64,000 nt of DNA from an uncultured archaeon (GTDB taxonomy: Archaea > Nanobdellota > Nanobdellia > Pacearchaeales > GW2011-AR1). The notes below the pieces were generated by a model. It saw only the letters and a list, made by a program, of their open reading frames with translations. It ran no database searches and had not been told where the DNA came from. Shown here piece by piece: positions 1 to 9,209 of the stretch (position 1 is its first letter; every line of letters begins with the position of its first letter). The position numbers were made by a program, and so were the translations under genes. The stretch lies in the NCBI GenBank assembly GCA_902386025.1, contig CABMHR010000004.1:1075-65074 (forward strand). Reading direction: 5' to 3'.

Positions 1-408
1 ATCATTGAGCCAAATAAGGAATTAACATTTGGGGAGCTTAAAATTTCAACTGTGCCTGCGTATAATCTTGATAATCCTGCTCATCCAAAAGAAGAGGGCT
101 GGGTTGGCTATATTATAAAGATGAATGATGTTTCTGTTTATCACGCTGGAGATACTGACTTTATTCCTGAAATGCAGAAACTTACTGGACACAGACAGCC
201 AGACAAAAAATTCATTGCCCTGCTACCAATAGGGGGGAGATTTACAATGAATGCAGAGGAAGCTGTTGAAGCAGCGAAACTGATTAAACCTTTTCTTGCA
301 ATTCCAATGCACTATGGGAGCATAATAGGAAGCAATGAAGATGCAGAAGAATTTGCAAGATTATGTAAAAAAGAAGGAATTGATGCAATGATTCTGGAGA
401 AATCATAA
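1..408 (+). CDS. MBL-fold metal-dependent hydrolase, C-terminal part (5' end upstream of window)
   Basis: Frame is open from nt 1. Contains YHAGDTDF, LLPIGGRFTMN and AIPMHYG, typical of UPF0173-type metallo-beta-lactamase-fold hydrolases. Confidence 0.65.
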   Translation: MIEPNKELTFGELKISTVPAYNLDNPAHPKEEGWVGYIIKMNDVSVYHAGDTDFIPEMQKLTGHRQPDKKFIALLPIGGRFTMNAEEAVEAAKLIKPFLAIPMHYGSIIGSNEDAEEFARLCKKEGIDAMILEKS

Positions 409-1445
409 TGGCTGGCAGATATATTTTTGGAAACAGCAATGATTTTAGCGAATTTATTGATTCAATATCCCCCAAAGAAAAAATAGGAATTGTGACTCAT
501 ATTGACTTGGACGGAATTGCTTCTGGAATTTTTCTGCAGAAAATAATTGAGTCAAAAGGATTAAAAACTGATTTTATAGAATTTTTTGACTACAATCTAA
601 AATCAATAAATAAAATATTGGAAAAATCTTTTCATGTGCTGTTTTTTACAGATTGGAATATAGACAATTTTCCAAATGAACTTGATATTTTAAGAGAAGA
701 AGGAAGAGTTTTTGTAATTGACCATCATCCCCCAAATCCGAGCTTGGCAAACAAGCAGGGGATTATCAAAACAGAATCAAATTACTGCTCTTCCCAATGC
801 CTGTTTGACATAGCAAAAGAAAGAAATTATTTTGATGCAAAAGAACTTGAATGGCTTGTCTGCTCTTCAATGATAATGGATTATACTTTTAATTCTGAAG
901 AAAATATTAAATTCTTAAAATCAATTTATCCAAAGCTGTCTGAAAAAGACATCTGGGCTTCAGAACCAGCAATAATAGGAAACAAGATAGCAAATGCACT
1001 TCTTTATTACAAGCCAGACTGCAAAAAAGTTTATGAACTTGTCCTTAAGAAAGATTTAATTTCTCTCGACGGAATAAGTGATGAAATTGAAAAAGAAATT
1101 GAAGACGGGGAGAAAAGATACTTGAAAGAAGCAGAATATTTTCCTTCCCAAAACCTTTACTTCGGCTATCTTACCACAAAACACAAGATGGCTTCTCCAA
1201 TAGTCACCCGACTCTCTGGAAGATTTGACAAAACTTTGATTATGGTTTCAGACAGCGAAGAAAAAGGAATTGTTAAATTTTCCGCGCGAAATCAGACAGG
1301 AAAAGTTGATTTAAATCAGGTTTTAAAAAAATGCATCAAGGGATTCAAGGATGCAACTGCAGGCGGGCATATTAGGGCATCAGGAGGAAGTTTTCCAAAA
1401 AATTACATTAATGAATTTAAAGAAAGACTTCTGAAAGAATTATAA
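408..1445 (+). CDS. DHH-family phosphoesterase (RecJ/NrnA-like)
   Basis: HIDLDGIASG (DxD), VIDHHP (DHH) and C-terminal GGHIRASGG (DHHA1-like). The ATG overlaps the upstream stop (TAATG). Confidence 0.7.
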   Translation: MAGRYIFGNSNDFSEFIDSISPKEKIGIVTHIDLDGIASGIFLQKIIESKGLKTDFIEFFDYNLKSINKILEKSFHVLFFTDWNIDNFPNELDILREEGRVFVIDHHPPNPSLANKQGIIKTESNYCSSQCLFDIAKERNYFDAKELEWLVCSSMIMDYTFNSEENIKFLKSIYPKLSEKDIWASEPAIIGNKIANALLYYKPDCKKVYELVLKKDLISLDGISDEIEKEIEDGEKRYLKEAEYFPSQNLYFGYLTTKHKMASPIVTRLSGRFDKTLIMVSDSEEKGIVKFSARNQTGKVDLNQVLKKCIKGFKDATAGGHIRASGGSFPKNYINEFKERLLKEL

Positions 1446-1446
1446 T

Positions 1447-2010
1447 ATGACAGACAGCTTTTTGCAAAGGAAACAAGATGTTCTCTCAAAAATTGACAAG
1501 TCTTCAATAGGAAAATGGGACGAGAAAATAAAAAAACTCTGCGATAAAATAAATTCAACAGAAAACTATTATACAACTTCTTCCTGTTCTGGAAGAATCT
1601 TGCTTATGATTGAACAGGACAAAAAAGGCAGAGATTTGTTTCTTTTTGTTTCCCACAATAAAATATCTTTCGGACAATTAAAAAAAGAACTGGCTAAATT
1701 AGTAAAGAAAAATAAAAATATCAAGTTTAAGATTGAACCATGCATAATTCATATTGCATGCAGAACGCTTGAAGATGCTGAAAAGCTTTTTGAAAAAGGG
1801 AAAATTGCAGGATGGAAAAGGCTTGGAATAATCGGAACAAGCCATGGCTTTACATTTGAACTGAACAGCACAGAAAAGCTTGAATTTCCTGCAATTCAGA
1901 ACAAAAAAATTCTCGTTGATGACAATTTTCTGAAAATAATCTTAAAAGATACAAACAAAAAGCTGGAAAAAAGCTGGATGAAGATAAAGAAGCTGGAAAA
2001 GGAATTTTAA
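1447..2010 (+). CDS. taw3: tRNA wyosine-derivative methyltransferase Taw3/TYW3
   Basis: YYTTSSCSGRI signature of the TYW3 family. Size is about 190 aa. Starts 2 nt after the upstream stop (operon). Confidence 0.7.
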   Translation: MTDSFLQRKQDVLSKIDKSSIGKWDEKIKKLCDKINSTENYYTTSSCSGRILLMIEQDKKGRDLFLFVSHNKISFGQLKKELAKLVKKNKNIKFKIEPCIIHIACRTLEDAEKLFEKGKIAGWKRLGIIGTSHGFTFELNSTEKLEFPAIQNKKILVDDNFLKIILKDTNKKLEKSWMKIKKLEKEF

Positions 2011-2164
2011 TTTCCTTACGATTTTGAATTAATTACTCATCCATTCATTAAATATTTCCTCTATTAAATGAACTTCTTCTAATTTCGAGTTGAATCTTTC
2101 ACGTATTTTTTTACAATTCACTCCATGAAAAAAAGGTGTTTCTATAGGTTTTATTTTTAATTCA

Positions 2165-2647
2165 TCACACTTTTTTTTTAATTAAATTAAAAGGTAAATT
2201 AAACTCTTCTTTATCAACTCCTGACAAGATTGCTATCTTTACTCTTTTAATTATCTCTTTTGAGAATATATTCTCTATATGTTCATTAATTTCTTCTTCT
2301 AAATTTTCTTGCCTTATTTCTTTTTTATTGTTTTTCTTATTCGGTATTGATTTTGGCATACTATCGGCATAAATTATTATAGAACTCCCTTTCTTTTTAC
2401 ATATTTTTTTTAATTCTTTTCCTTTCATTTTATTAATCTCTCCAATAAATTTATAAGAAATATTCCAAAAAGCGGTACTGGATGCTTTTTTTCCTCCATA
2501 ATTTATTCCCTCAAAATCATATAAATCTACTTTATTTTCTACTCTATTTGGATTATTTGCTTCTCTTCCAATAATTAATATCAAAGGAAAATTTTCTTTT
2601 TCAGTGTTTTTATATACACAAATTAAAGGATGTGAATTATCATGCAT
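2165..2647 (-). CDS. hypothetical protein
   Basis: 160-aa ORF with no motif I can name; Lys-rich C-terminal half. Confidence 0.4.
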   Translation of the reverse strand: MHDNSHPLICVYKNTEKENFPLILIIGREANNPNRVENKVDLYDFEGINYGGKKASSTAFWNISYKFIGEINKMKGKELKKICKKKGSSIIIYADSMPKSIPNKKNNKKEIRQENLEEEINEHIENIFSKEIIKRVKIAILSGVDKEEFNLPFNLIKKKV

Positions 2648-2909
2648 ATTCTAATATTAGAGAGATTAGTTCTTAAATTATTTTAATTTCACTCTTTTCA
2701 AGAGATAATAACTATTTAAAAATAAGAAGTGCCTCATTTTCTTAATATTAATTTAAACATCAAGTAGATTAAATTAATATTCGTTGATGAAGCACTCTTT
2801 CTTAATAATAAATGGAAATGTATGAAATATTTAAACATTTCGTTAAATTAGCATACACTTCCGAAATCCTGAATACAGGATTATATAACATTGAAAGGAG
2901 GTTAAAAAA

Positions 2910-4004
2910 ATGGTATTAGATTTTGCAAAAGAAGCGATTGATAACGCAAGCACCCATAGCATTAACTTTGACGAATTGAAAGCTGGAAAAGCTAACATCA
3001 AGGTTGTTGGAGTTGGAGGAATGGGTTGTAACGCGATAACTTGGCTTTTCAACAAAGGAATTAGCGGGGCTACTGTTTATGCAACAAATACAGATGCACT
3101 TCACCTTAGTGTTTCTAAATCTGACGAGAAAATTCTTATAGGGAAAGAATTGACAAGAGGATTAGGAGCAGGAGGACGCCCTCAAACAGGAAGAGAGGCA
3201 GCAAAAGAAGCTTTGGCTGAACTTAAGAAAGCTGTTGGAGGAGCAGATATGGTATTTGTAGTTGCAGGAATGGGCGGTGGAACTGGAACAGGCGCAGCAC
3301 CAGTAATATCTCAAATTGCCAAAGAATCTGGAGCAGTTGTAATAGGGGTTGTCACAATGCCTTTTGAATCAGAAAGAGCAAGAATTGACAAGGCTGAATT
3401 TGGATTGCAGGAATTGAGAGAAGTTACTGATACAACAATTGTTCTTGACAACAACCGATTAGTAGACATTGCAGGACAATTGCCTATTGAACAGGCATTT
3501 GCTGTTGCCAATGAATTAGTTAGCACAATGGTTAAGGGTATTGTTGAAACAATTACACTGCCAAGCTTAATCAATCTGGACTATGCAGATGTTTCAGCGA
3601 TAATGAAAGACGGCGGAGTTGCAGTTATCGGAATTGGAGAAGCAGACACACAGAACAAAGTTATGGAAGCAGTGCAGCAAGCTCTTACACATCCTCTACT
3701 TGACGTGGATTATAAGGGAGCTACAGGCGCTTTGATACACGTAACCTGCGGGCCTGACTTGAAATTGGAAGAATTTGATTTGATAGGAAGAGCTGTCTCT
3801 GAAAATCTTAATCCAGAAGCAAATGTTATTATTGGGGCTAGAATCAGCAAAGAATTCACTGGAAAAGTAAGAGTGATAACAATAATGACTGGTGTTAAGT
3901 CACCATATGTTTTAGGAAAAGATTTGGAAGAGTTTTCTTCTTCATCATCAGGAAGAGCTCCAACAAAAGAAATGTCTGATTTAGGAATAGAAGTCTGGAG
4001 ATAA
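2910..4004 (+). CDS. ftsZ: cell division GTPase FtsZ
   Basis: Tubulin signature GGGTGTGAAPVI and NTDALHL, with full-length FtsZ-like layout. AGGAGG lies 8 nt upstream of the ATG. Confidence 0.95.
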   Translation: MVLDFAKEAIDNASTHSINFDELKAGKANIKVVGVGGMGCNAITWLFNKGISGATVYATNTDALHLSVSKSDEKILIGKELTRGLGAGGRPQTGREAAKEALAELKKAVGGADMVFVVAGMGGGTGTGAAPVISQIAKESGAVVIGVVTMPFESERARIDKAEFGLQELREVTDTTIVLDNNRLVDIAGQLPIEQAFAVANELVSTMVKGIVETITLPSLINLDYADVSAIMKDGGVAVIGIGEADTQNKVMEAVQQALTHPLLDVDYKGATGALIHVTCGPDLKLEEFDLIGRAVSENLNPEANVIIGARISKEFTGKVRVITIMTGVKSPYVLGKDLEEFSSSSSGRAPTKEMSDLGIEVWR

Positions 4005-4047
4005 ATAAACAGGAATTTTTATTTTTATTTTTTTTATTTTTTAAGAA

Positions 4048-4602
4048 TTAATCAGCACTCTTTGGGCTTTTCATTTTTACATTCCCATACTTGTTGAAGT
4101 AAAGAATTCTGTCCAAGTCAATCTTTAACCTTCTTGTTTTTGGCTTTTCAAACTCAAATCCAATCGGGAAAACTGCTTCAACATTTATTTCTTTTGGGAT
4201 ATCAAGAACTTTTTTTATATGCTCTTCAACAAAATATCCTATCCAGCAGGTTGATAATCCCGATTCAACTATTTTGAGAATAAAATTCTGAATTGCAGCA
4301 CCTGCCTGCTGTCTTGTCCAAGCTTCTCCGGATTTTCCATACTCATTTACTGTTCTTGAAGGATTAGAACAGGCAACTACTAAAAATTTTGCCTTAGAAA
4401 TAAACGGCTGCTGACAGGCTTCTGATATCTTGTTTATTTTTTCTTCATCATCAATCATAATAAATTTTAAAGTGTAATTATTGCCCGCCATTGAAGCATA
4501 TCTTGCAGCGTCAATGCATTCAATAATTTTTCTCCAATTCGGCTTTTTATCGCTGAATTTCCTGACGCTGTGCCTTTCTTTTATTGCTTTGTCAAGTTCC
4601 AT
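4048..4602 (-). CDS. nitroreductase family protein
   Basis: N-terminal KERHSVRKFSDKKP motif and about 180 aa, as in FMN nitroreductases. Confidence 0.7.
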   Translation of the reverse strand: MELDKAIKERHSVRKFSDKKPNWRKIIECIDAARYASMAGNNYTLKFIMIDDEEKINKISEACQQPFISKAKFLVVACSNPSRTVNEYGKSGEAWTRQQAGAAIQNFILKIVESGLSTCWIGYFVEEHIKKVLDIPKEINVEAVFPIGFEFEKPKTRRLKIDLDRILYFNKYGNVKMKSPKSAD

Positions 4603-4638
4603 GATATAATCAGCAAAGAGAATTATAAAAAGGTTTCT

Positions 4639-5676
4639 TTATGTTTTTTTGCAGATTATTGCCTCTTTCTGCTTTTCATTAATAAACAAGCTTACTTCTT
4701 TTTTTCCGTTTAATCTTGATTCATAAAATTTCCTTACATTCCAGTAATCTTCAGGAGGAATATTATATCTTAATGTGACTTTTCCTGCTCCAATCTCTTT
4801 TAATTCTTTTAAAATTTCTTCCTGCCTGCTGCTGCAGATTTTTATTATTTCATAAGGAATCAAGAAATAAGATTTAAACAGACTGTTTGAGAGAAGAACA
4901 GGCTTGTTTAATTCAAGAATAGAAGCATTAAATTTTTCTGCAAGTTCATTTGTCAAATCTGAAACTACGACTGCAGGGTCTATTGAATAAAGATATCTGA
5001 AATTTTTGAAATTCTCTGCAGAGATAACCCTCTTAGATTTTATTGCTTTTTCTGAATTTGTCAGCTTCTCTTTTGATGGCAGGGCAACAACTGATTTCCC
5101 GCAGGTTTTTAATTCATTAAAATATAATGTAAGCCTGTTTAATTGGCTGTTTAAGGAAAGAAATTCGCTTTCAAAATTATAATCTTTTTTCAGGGTTTCA
5201 ATATCCTGCGTGAAAGGAGGAATTTCTATTGCTATCTTTTTTGTCAATGGCGAATAAAATTCTATTATCTTATCAACTGGAGGCTGGATTTGGCTTAATG
5301 TCCTGTCTGTTTCTTCTGGACGTTCTGTATCAAAAAATACAATATCAACTTTTTCTTTTGAAATTTTTTGGATTATGCTTTTGTTTAATGCATCCCCGTT
5401 TATTACTTCAACATTTTTAATTCTCAATTTCTTTAAGTTTTGATTTAAGATTCTTGCTCTATTCTTGTCTTTTTCTACTGCTATCACTTTTTTGCATCTC
5501 CTTGAAAAAGCAATTGTCTGCCCGCCTATTCCTGCTCCAAGTTCAACTAAAACACTGCACTTCAGCTTTTCTGCTCTGTAATTTGCAACATCTTTTGGGG
5601 TTGCAAATCTGATAAATTCTTTTGGAATATTCAATTTTTCCTGAAATATTATTTGCTGTTTTGGCGCGCGGGACAT
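4639..5676 (-). CDS. class I SAM-dependent methyltransferase (Tgs1/RNA-methylase-like)
   Basis: SAM motif I VLVELGAGIGGQT and post-I IAVEKD. Start set at the first ATG (5676), 21 nt from the TATA box; the longer ORF would need TTG at 5691. Confidence 0.6.
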   Translation of the reverse strand: MSRAPKQQIIFQEKLNIPKEFIRFATPKDVANYRAEKLKCSVLVELGAGIGGQTIAFSRRCKKVIAVEKDKNRARILNQNLKKLRIKNVEVINGDALNKSIIQKISKEKVDIVFFDTERPEETDRTLSQIQPPVDKIIEFYSPLTKKIAIEIPPFTQDIETLKKDYNFESEFLSLNSQLNRLTLYFNELKTCGKSVVALPSKEKLTNSEKAIKSKRVISAENFKNFRYLYSIDPAVVVSDLTNELAEKFNASILELNKPVLLSNSLFKSYFLIPYEIIKICSSRQEEILKELKEIGAGKVTLRYNIPPEDYWNVRKFYESRLNGKKEVSLFINEKQKEAIICKKT

Positions 5677-5697
5677 AATTAAACAAGCCAAGTTAAA

Positions 5698-5705
5698 TTT
5701 ATAAA
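5698..5705. promoter_or_regulatory. shared palindromic TATA box (TTTATAAA) for divergent leaderless genes
   Basis: Exactly 21 nt from ATG 5676 (minus strand) and 21 nt from ATG 5727 (plus strand). Confidence 0.6.
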
Positions 5706-5726
5706 TTAAATTCTTCTTAATATTTT

Positions 5727-5888
5727 ATGGCGACATATCCACCAGACCCAAGAAAAAGAAAGCTTGACTATAACATAGCACAGAATATCTATGATGATTT
5801 TGCAAAGCTTTGCAGCAGAAAAGGCTTTGCTCCGCAAGTTATTCTTGAAAAATTAATGGCTAAGTTTAATCAGACAGGGCAAGTTTAA
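5727..5888 (+). CDS. small hypothetical protein (53 aa), not in ORF track
   Basis: ATG lies 21 nt downstream of TTTATAAA. Translation: MATYPPDPRKRKLDYNIAQNIYDDFAKLCSRKGFAPQVILEKLMAKFNQTGQV. Confidence 0.45.
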   Translation: MATYPPDPRKRKLDYNIAQNIYDDFAKLCSRKGFAPQVILEKLMAKFNQTGQV

Positions 5889-5956
5889 GTAACGAATTAA
5901 TTCTATAAATATTGTAAAGAATAACTTTAAATATCAAAAAAAATTTGGTTGAATAT

Positions 5957-6029
5957 GTCTCGGTAGCTCAGTTGGTAGAGCATCTGACTGTTAATCAGAG
6001 GGTCATAGGTTCGAGTCCTATCCGAGACG
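5957..6029 (+). tRNA. tRNA-Asn (GUU)
   Basis: Manual cloverleaf. Acceptor GTCTCGG/CCGAGAC, D arm GCTC..GAGC, anticodon stem TCTGA/TCAGA with loop CTGTTAA, T arm ATAGG TTCGAGT CCTAT. No CCA is encoded. Confidence 0.9.
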
Positions 6030-6548
6030 CTTGCCTGTTTTCCTTTTCCCTTTCTGCTCTTTTAATCCGAAATCCAGAACTGGCTGAACTTGATGTTTTT
6101 CAAGAAAAGCATATACATTTGCCTGCTTTGAACCGTGTATTATTGCAATAATTGCATCCTCCCCGTTTTTTATTGCTTCTGGAGCCCCTATAATCCCCAC
6201 TTCATTGTCTTTTATTTCAAAATTGCATTCTGTCAGCATACTCAATGTTCTGAATGTTTTTCCCTCTTTTCCTATAATTCTTGCTCTTATCACTTCTAAA
6301 TCTTTCCTATGTGTATAATTTTTAATGTTCAGGACTTCAAAAATATAATCCTCTTTTTTAATCAGCAATGCAGCAGACAAGGGGAAGCCAAAATTCACTG
6401 CTTCAATTACTTTCTCTGCTGTAAATTCATCTTCTGGATTTCCTTCAACTGACACTTCTTTTTCTCTTATTTTTATCTTAACATTTAAAGCTGATTCAAG
6501 CTCTTTTTTGTTTTTTATTATTTTTTTGTTTTCAGAAATTATAATCAT
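6018..6548 (-). CDS. KH-domain RNA-binding protein (Dim2/Pno1-like)
   Basis: IIGKEGKTFRTL (GxxG KH loop) and a second KH-like half. Sits downstream of aIF1A, as in many archaea. The last 12 nt overlap tRNA-Asn antisense. Confidence 0.6.
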   Translation of the reverse strand: MIIISENKKIIKNKKELESALNVKIKIREKEVSVEGNPEDEFTAEKVIEAVNFGFPLSAALLIKKEDYIFEVLNIKNYTHRKDLEVIRARIIGKEGKTFRTLSMLTECNFEIKDNEVGIIGAPEAIKNGEDAIIAIIHGSKQANVYAFLEKHQVQPVLDFGLKEQKGKRKTGKRLG

Positions 6549-6580
6549 CTTTGTATAAAAGAAACAAGGTTTTTATTTTT

Positions 6581-6907
6581 TTAGAATTCAGATTTTTCTG
6601 TCTCAAGATATCCCTGCCTTTTAAGCCATTCAACCTGATTTGGCTTGTATTTTAGTATTATATCTCCCTTGTCCTTGTCCAGCTCCCAAAGTTCAACTAT
6701 AACAACGTCTTTTGGGCGAAGCCAGAGCTTTCTTTTCAATCTTCCAGGAACACGGCAGTTTCTTGTTTTTCCATCAAGGCATTTAACCATCATCTTGTTG
6801 CCCCCAAATCTTTGTTCAACTATTCCAAGAACTTCCCTGTCTCCTCTCGGCAGAGGAGCACGTGTTACTATCTGGTTTTCTTCTTCATTTTCTTCTTCCT
6901 TTTTCAT
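6581..6907 (-). CDS. eif1a: translation initiation factor aIF1A
   Basis: S1-like core VLGIVEQRFGGNKMMVKCLDGKTRNCRVPGRLKRKLWLRPKDVVIV. Start chosen at the ATG 21 nt from TTTATAAA (6929-6936). Confidence 0.9.
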   Translation of the reverse strand: MKKEEENEEENQIVTRAPLPRGDREVLGIVEQRFGGNKMMVKCLDGKTRNCRVPGRLKRKLWLRPKDVVIVELWELDKDKGDIILKYKPNQVEWLKRQGYLETEKSEF

Positions 6908-6945
6908 ATTCATTCTGATGAACAGGTGTTTATAAAAATATTGAA

Positions 6946-7245
6946 TTATAAAAGAATAAGCGTGTAGGGAATGTTTTGAATTTTCTTTATAGAATCTTTT
7001 TCTATTATTCCTGCCTTTAATGCTGCATTTATAGAATCTTTTCCTGCAATGTAAAAAGTTGCATCTTCTCTTGACATCCTATTCATAACCAAAATAGCTT
7101 CTTCCTCGTTCATTTCTTCTCCAAGAAAAAAGCTTTCTTTTACATCAAGCTGAAATTTTCCCTCTTCAAATTTCTTTCCTAAAAGTTCAGAATCGCAGAC
7201 AGCTACAACATATCTTGCTGATTTTATAACTCTAACAATAATCAT
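6946..7245 (-). CDS. DUF424-like archaeal protein
   Basis: About 100 aa. VAVCDSELLGKKFEEGKFQLDV resembles the DUF424 family; assignment is from memory only. Confidence 0.45.
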   Translation of the reverse strand: MIIVRVIKSARYVVAVCDSELLGKKFEEGKFQLDVKESFFLGEEMNEEEAILVMNRMSREDATFYIAGKDSINAALKAGIIEKDSIKKIQNIPYTLILL

Positions 7246-7275
7246 AAAAAAATAAAAATAAGATAATTAATAAAT

Positions 7276-7422
7276 TTATTTCTTTCCTAACATGCAGCAG
7301 ACAGTTGTCCCGCACTTAGGGCATTTTCCTTTTGCCATTGTAGTCCCTCTTGAAGTTTTTGACTCCTTTGGGTCTTTCATCTCAACTTTGCCTTTGCACT
7401 TAACACAATAACCTTGTACCAT
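7276..7422 (-). CDS. small zinc-ribbon protein (DUF5679-like)
   Basis: MVQGYCVKCKGK...GKCPKCGT (two CxxC pairs). GGAGG lies 5 nt upstream of ATG 7422; the longer ORF has only a TTG start. Confidence 0.45.
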   Translation of the reverse strand: MVQGYCVKCKGKVEMKDPKESKTSRGTTMAKGKCPKCGTTVCCMLGKK

Positions 7423-7548
7423 TTTTCCTCCTTGTTTATAATTGTTATATAAAAACAAATTCTATGAATCTGTATGAGATTTAGAAAGGAATATTACTTT
7501 TAAATGTTTAGATAATGATTTTCCCTTGAAAAAGGCTGTTTTTGAGAA

Positions 7549-7956
7549 TTAAATCTTGCTTCTTACACTATGTTTTGCCCCGCAGGCAAGACATTTTACA
7601 AATGTAAACCTGTCTTCCTTGACTAATTCTGTGTCTGGCTTTCCGCATTCGCTGCATAAAACAAATTCTTTGACATACTGCTCAACTTTTTCATTTATTT
7701 TTGCACTTGGAACATTTTGATTCAGAACTAACCTGTCTCCGTCTTTCTGTCCGGATACAGACAGGGCTTTTAGAATGAATTTCTGGAAATGTTCAGGATT
7801 TCTTCTTAAATAAGATGCAATCTGAAAGAAATTTGTCATTATTGTTTTCTTCCCTTCAAAGTGCCCCTCTATCTTTGGGATTTCAAACCTGTCTTTGCTT
7901 TCTGTTCGCTTAATTTTTGTATAAGCTTCATTAAGCAACTGTTCATAATCTGTCAT
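7549..7956 (-). CDS. eif2b: translation initiation factor aIF2 beta subunit
   Basis: RFEIPK, FILKAL and a C-terminal Zn ribbon CSECGKPDT...CLACGA. Start at ATG 7956, 21 nt from the TATA (CTTATAAA). Confidence 0.85.
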   Translation of the reverse strand: MTDYEQLLNEAYTKIKRTESKDRFEIPKIEGHFEGKKTIMTNFFQIASYLRRNPEHFQKFILKALSVSGQKDGDRLVLNQNVPSAKINEKVEQYVKEFVLCSECGKPDTELVKEDRFTFVKCLACGAKHSVRSKI

Positions 7957-8005
7957 AAAAATTAGAAATGAAGAGGATTTATAAGGGTTTTGAAAGAAGA
8001 ATAAA

Positions 8006-8386
8006 TTAGTTTCCGAATCCCGCAACTTGCTGATGATTGCACCAAGGGCATTTTGTATCATCAGGAGTTTCCATACTTCCATTTCCAACAGTATGTTCAT
8101 AAAAAACTGCATCAAGGCAACCCAAACAAATATGCCAAAAATTGTCGTGGTAATCGGAAGTTACACCATTTTCAATATAACCACAATAGACTTCTTTTTC
8201 TCCGCATTTTTTGCAGGATTCTTCCAGTTTTCTATTGTGCTTCATGATTTGTTTAGAATCAACTTTTCTTAGAATATCTTTCACTCTGCTTAATGCGCTT
8301 ACTCCTTCAAGGGAGTTGGAGTATGAATTTTTTGTCTCACCAAATTTTTCCCTTAAATCAAGTTTTAGAAATTGTTCAAAGTCCAT
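8006..8386 (-). CDS. hypothetical zinc-finger protein
   Basis: CKKCG...CLGC...CPWC cysteine pairs. ATG 8386 lies 21 nt from CTTATAAA (8408-8415). Confidence 0.45.
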   Translation of the reverse strand: MDFEQFLKLDLREKFGETKNSYSNSLEGVSALSRVKDILRKVDSKQIMKHNRKLEESCKKCGEKEVYCGYIENGVTSDYHDNFWHICLGCLDAVFYEHTVGNGSMETPDDTKCPWCNHQQVAGFGN

Positions 8387-8430
8387 AAATATATGCGCTT
8401 TTTTGCATTTATAAGAATTATGTATTATTC

Positions 8431-9054
8431 TTATCCAAGCCACCTGATTTTTCCAGGGCGAGGCTCAAATATAATTCCTTCTTCAAGCAATCTCTTTATC
8501 TCCTGATTTATCACATCTGGAGAAACCTCTCTCAAGTCCATTATTATTGTATCCATTTCAATTCCTCCGTCTTTTTCTGCGCCTTTTATTATATCAAGAA
8601 TTTTATCTTTTACTGCAATTATCTGCTCTTTTGCCAATGGCTGAACATTTCTGCTTTTTACTTTTTCAATTTCTAATTTTCTCAGCAAAAGATATTTTGC
8701 ATCCTGCTCTTTCATTATTTCGGGGGAAATGTATGTTTCATTATTAAAATTTCTCAAAACCCCTATGATAAGAACTGTCTGCCCCTGTGAAATATTCTTA
8801 AATCTTCCGACTTCATCGCTGAAGCATTTTATTTTTATCTGCCCGCTCCCGTCGTCTAATGTGAAGAATATATATTTTCTCTCACCATCGCTTTCATACT
8901 TGTCTGTTATATTGCCGATTATATTCACTCTTATTATTTTCTTATCTCCCAATTCCAAAAAAGAAAATCTTTCTCCATCCATTATCGGCTTTCCCAACAA
9001 AACATCACCAATTCTAAACTTATATGCAACATTTCTCTTGAATTGTTCAGCCAT
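8431..9054 (-). CDS. OB-fold plus C-terminal winged-helix protein (RPA32/COG3390-like ssDNA-binding subunit)
   Basis: OB-like core VNIIGNITDKY...FTLDDGSGQIKIKCF...VLIIGVLRNF followed by a wHTH-like tail. Immediately downstream of mcm. Confidence 0.5.
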   Translation of the reverse strand: MAEQFKRNVAYKFRIGDVLLGKPIMDGERFSFLELGDKKIIRVNIIGNITDKYESDGERKYIFFTLDDGSGQIKIKCFSDEVGRFKNISQGQTVLIIGVLRNFNNETYISPEIMKEQDAKYLLLRKLEIEKVKSRNVQPLAKEQIIAVKDKILDIIKGAEKDGGIEMDTIIMDLREVSPDVINQEIKRLLEEGIIFEPRPGKIRWLG

Positions 9055-9209
9055 AAACTAGAAAAATAAAAGATGTTTTTAAAGATTTATGTGAGATTTT
9101 TATGGAATAATGGAATAGTTATCACCTCTTTTTATTAAATATAGTTATCAGCATCTCACATTCGTTAGGTTTTATTATTAACTAAACGCCCTCTTTATGA
9201 ATAAATCTT

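Noticed and set aside
2011-2164. Possible frameshifted continuation of the hypothetical gene at 2165-2647 (a GTG-initiated ~30-codon frame).
   Set aside because: There is no recognisable family to align against, so pseudogene status cannot be shown from the sequence alone.
2843-3574. ORF-track entries antisense to or out of frame within ftsZ (2843-3055, 2916-3104, 3311-3574).
   Set aside because: They lie entirely inside a gene with unmistakable FtsZ motifs, have low-complexity translations and lack promoter or SD signals.
6018-6029. 12-nt antisense overlap between the KH-protein 3' end and tRNA-Asn.
   Set aside because: It is real in the sequence, but a short convergent overlap in a compact genome needs no special explanation.
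5945-6151. 68-aa plus-strand ORF.
   Set aside because: It reads straight through tRNA-Asn (5957-6029) and the antisense strand of the KH-domain gene, so it is spurious.
9055-9209. Possible replication origin between mcm and the RPA32-like gene: inverted repeat ATGTGAGAT/ATCTCACAT (9089-9097, 9153-9161) and direct repeat ATAGTTATCA (9115-9124, 9141-9150).
   Set aside because: There is no orc1/cdc6 gene adjacent, no recognisable ORB-type repeats and no long AT-only unwinding element. The region is adequately explained as the mcm terminator plus the promoter of the downstream gene. It is worth a look only if a GC-skew switch maps here.
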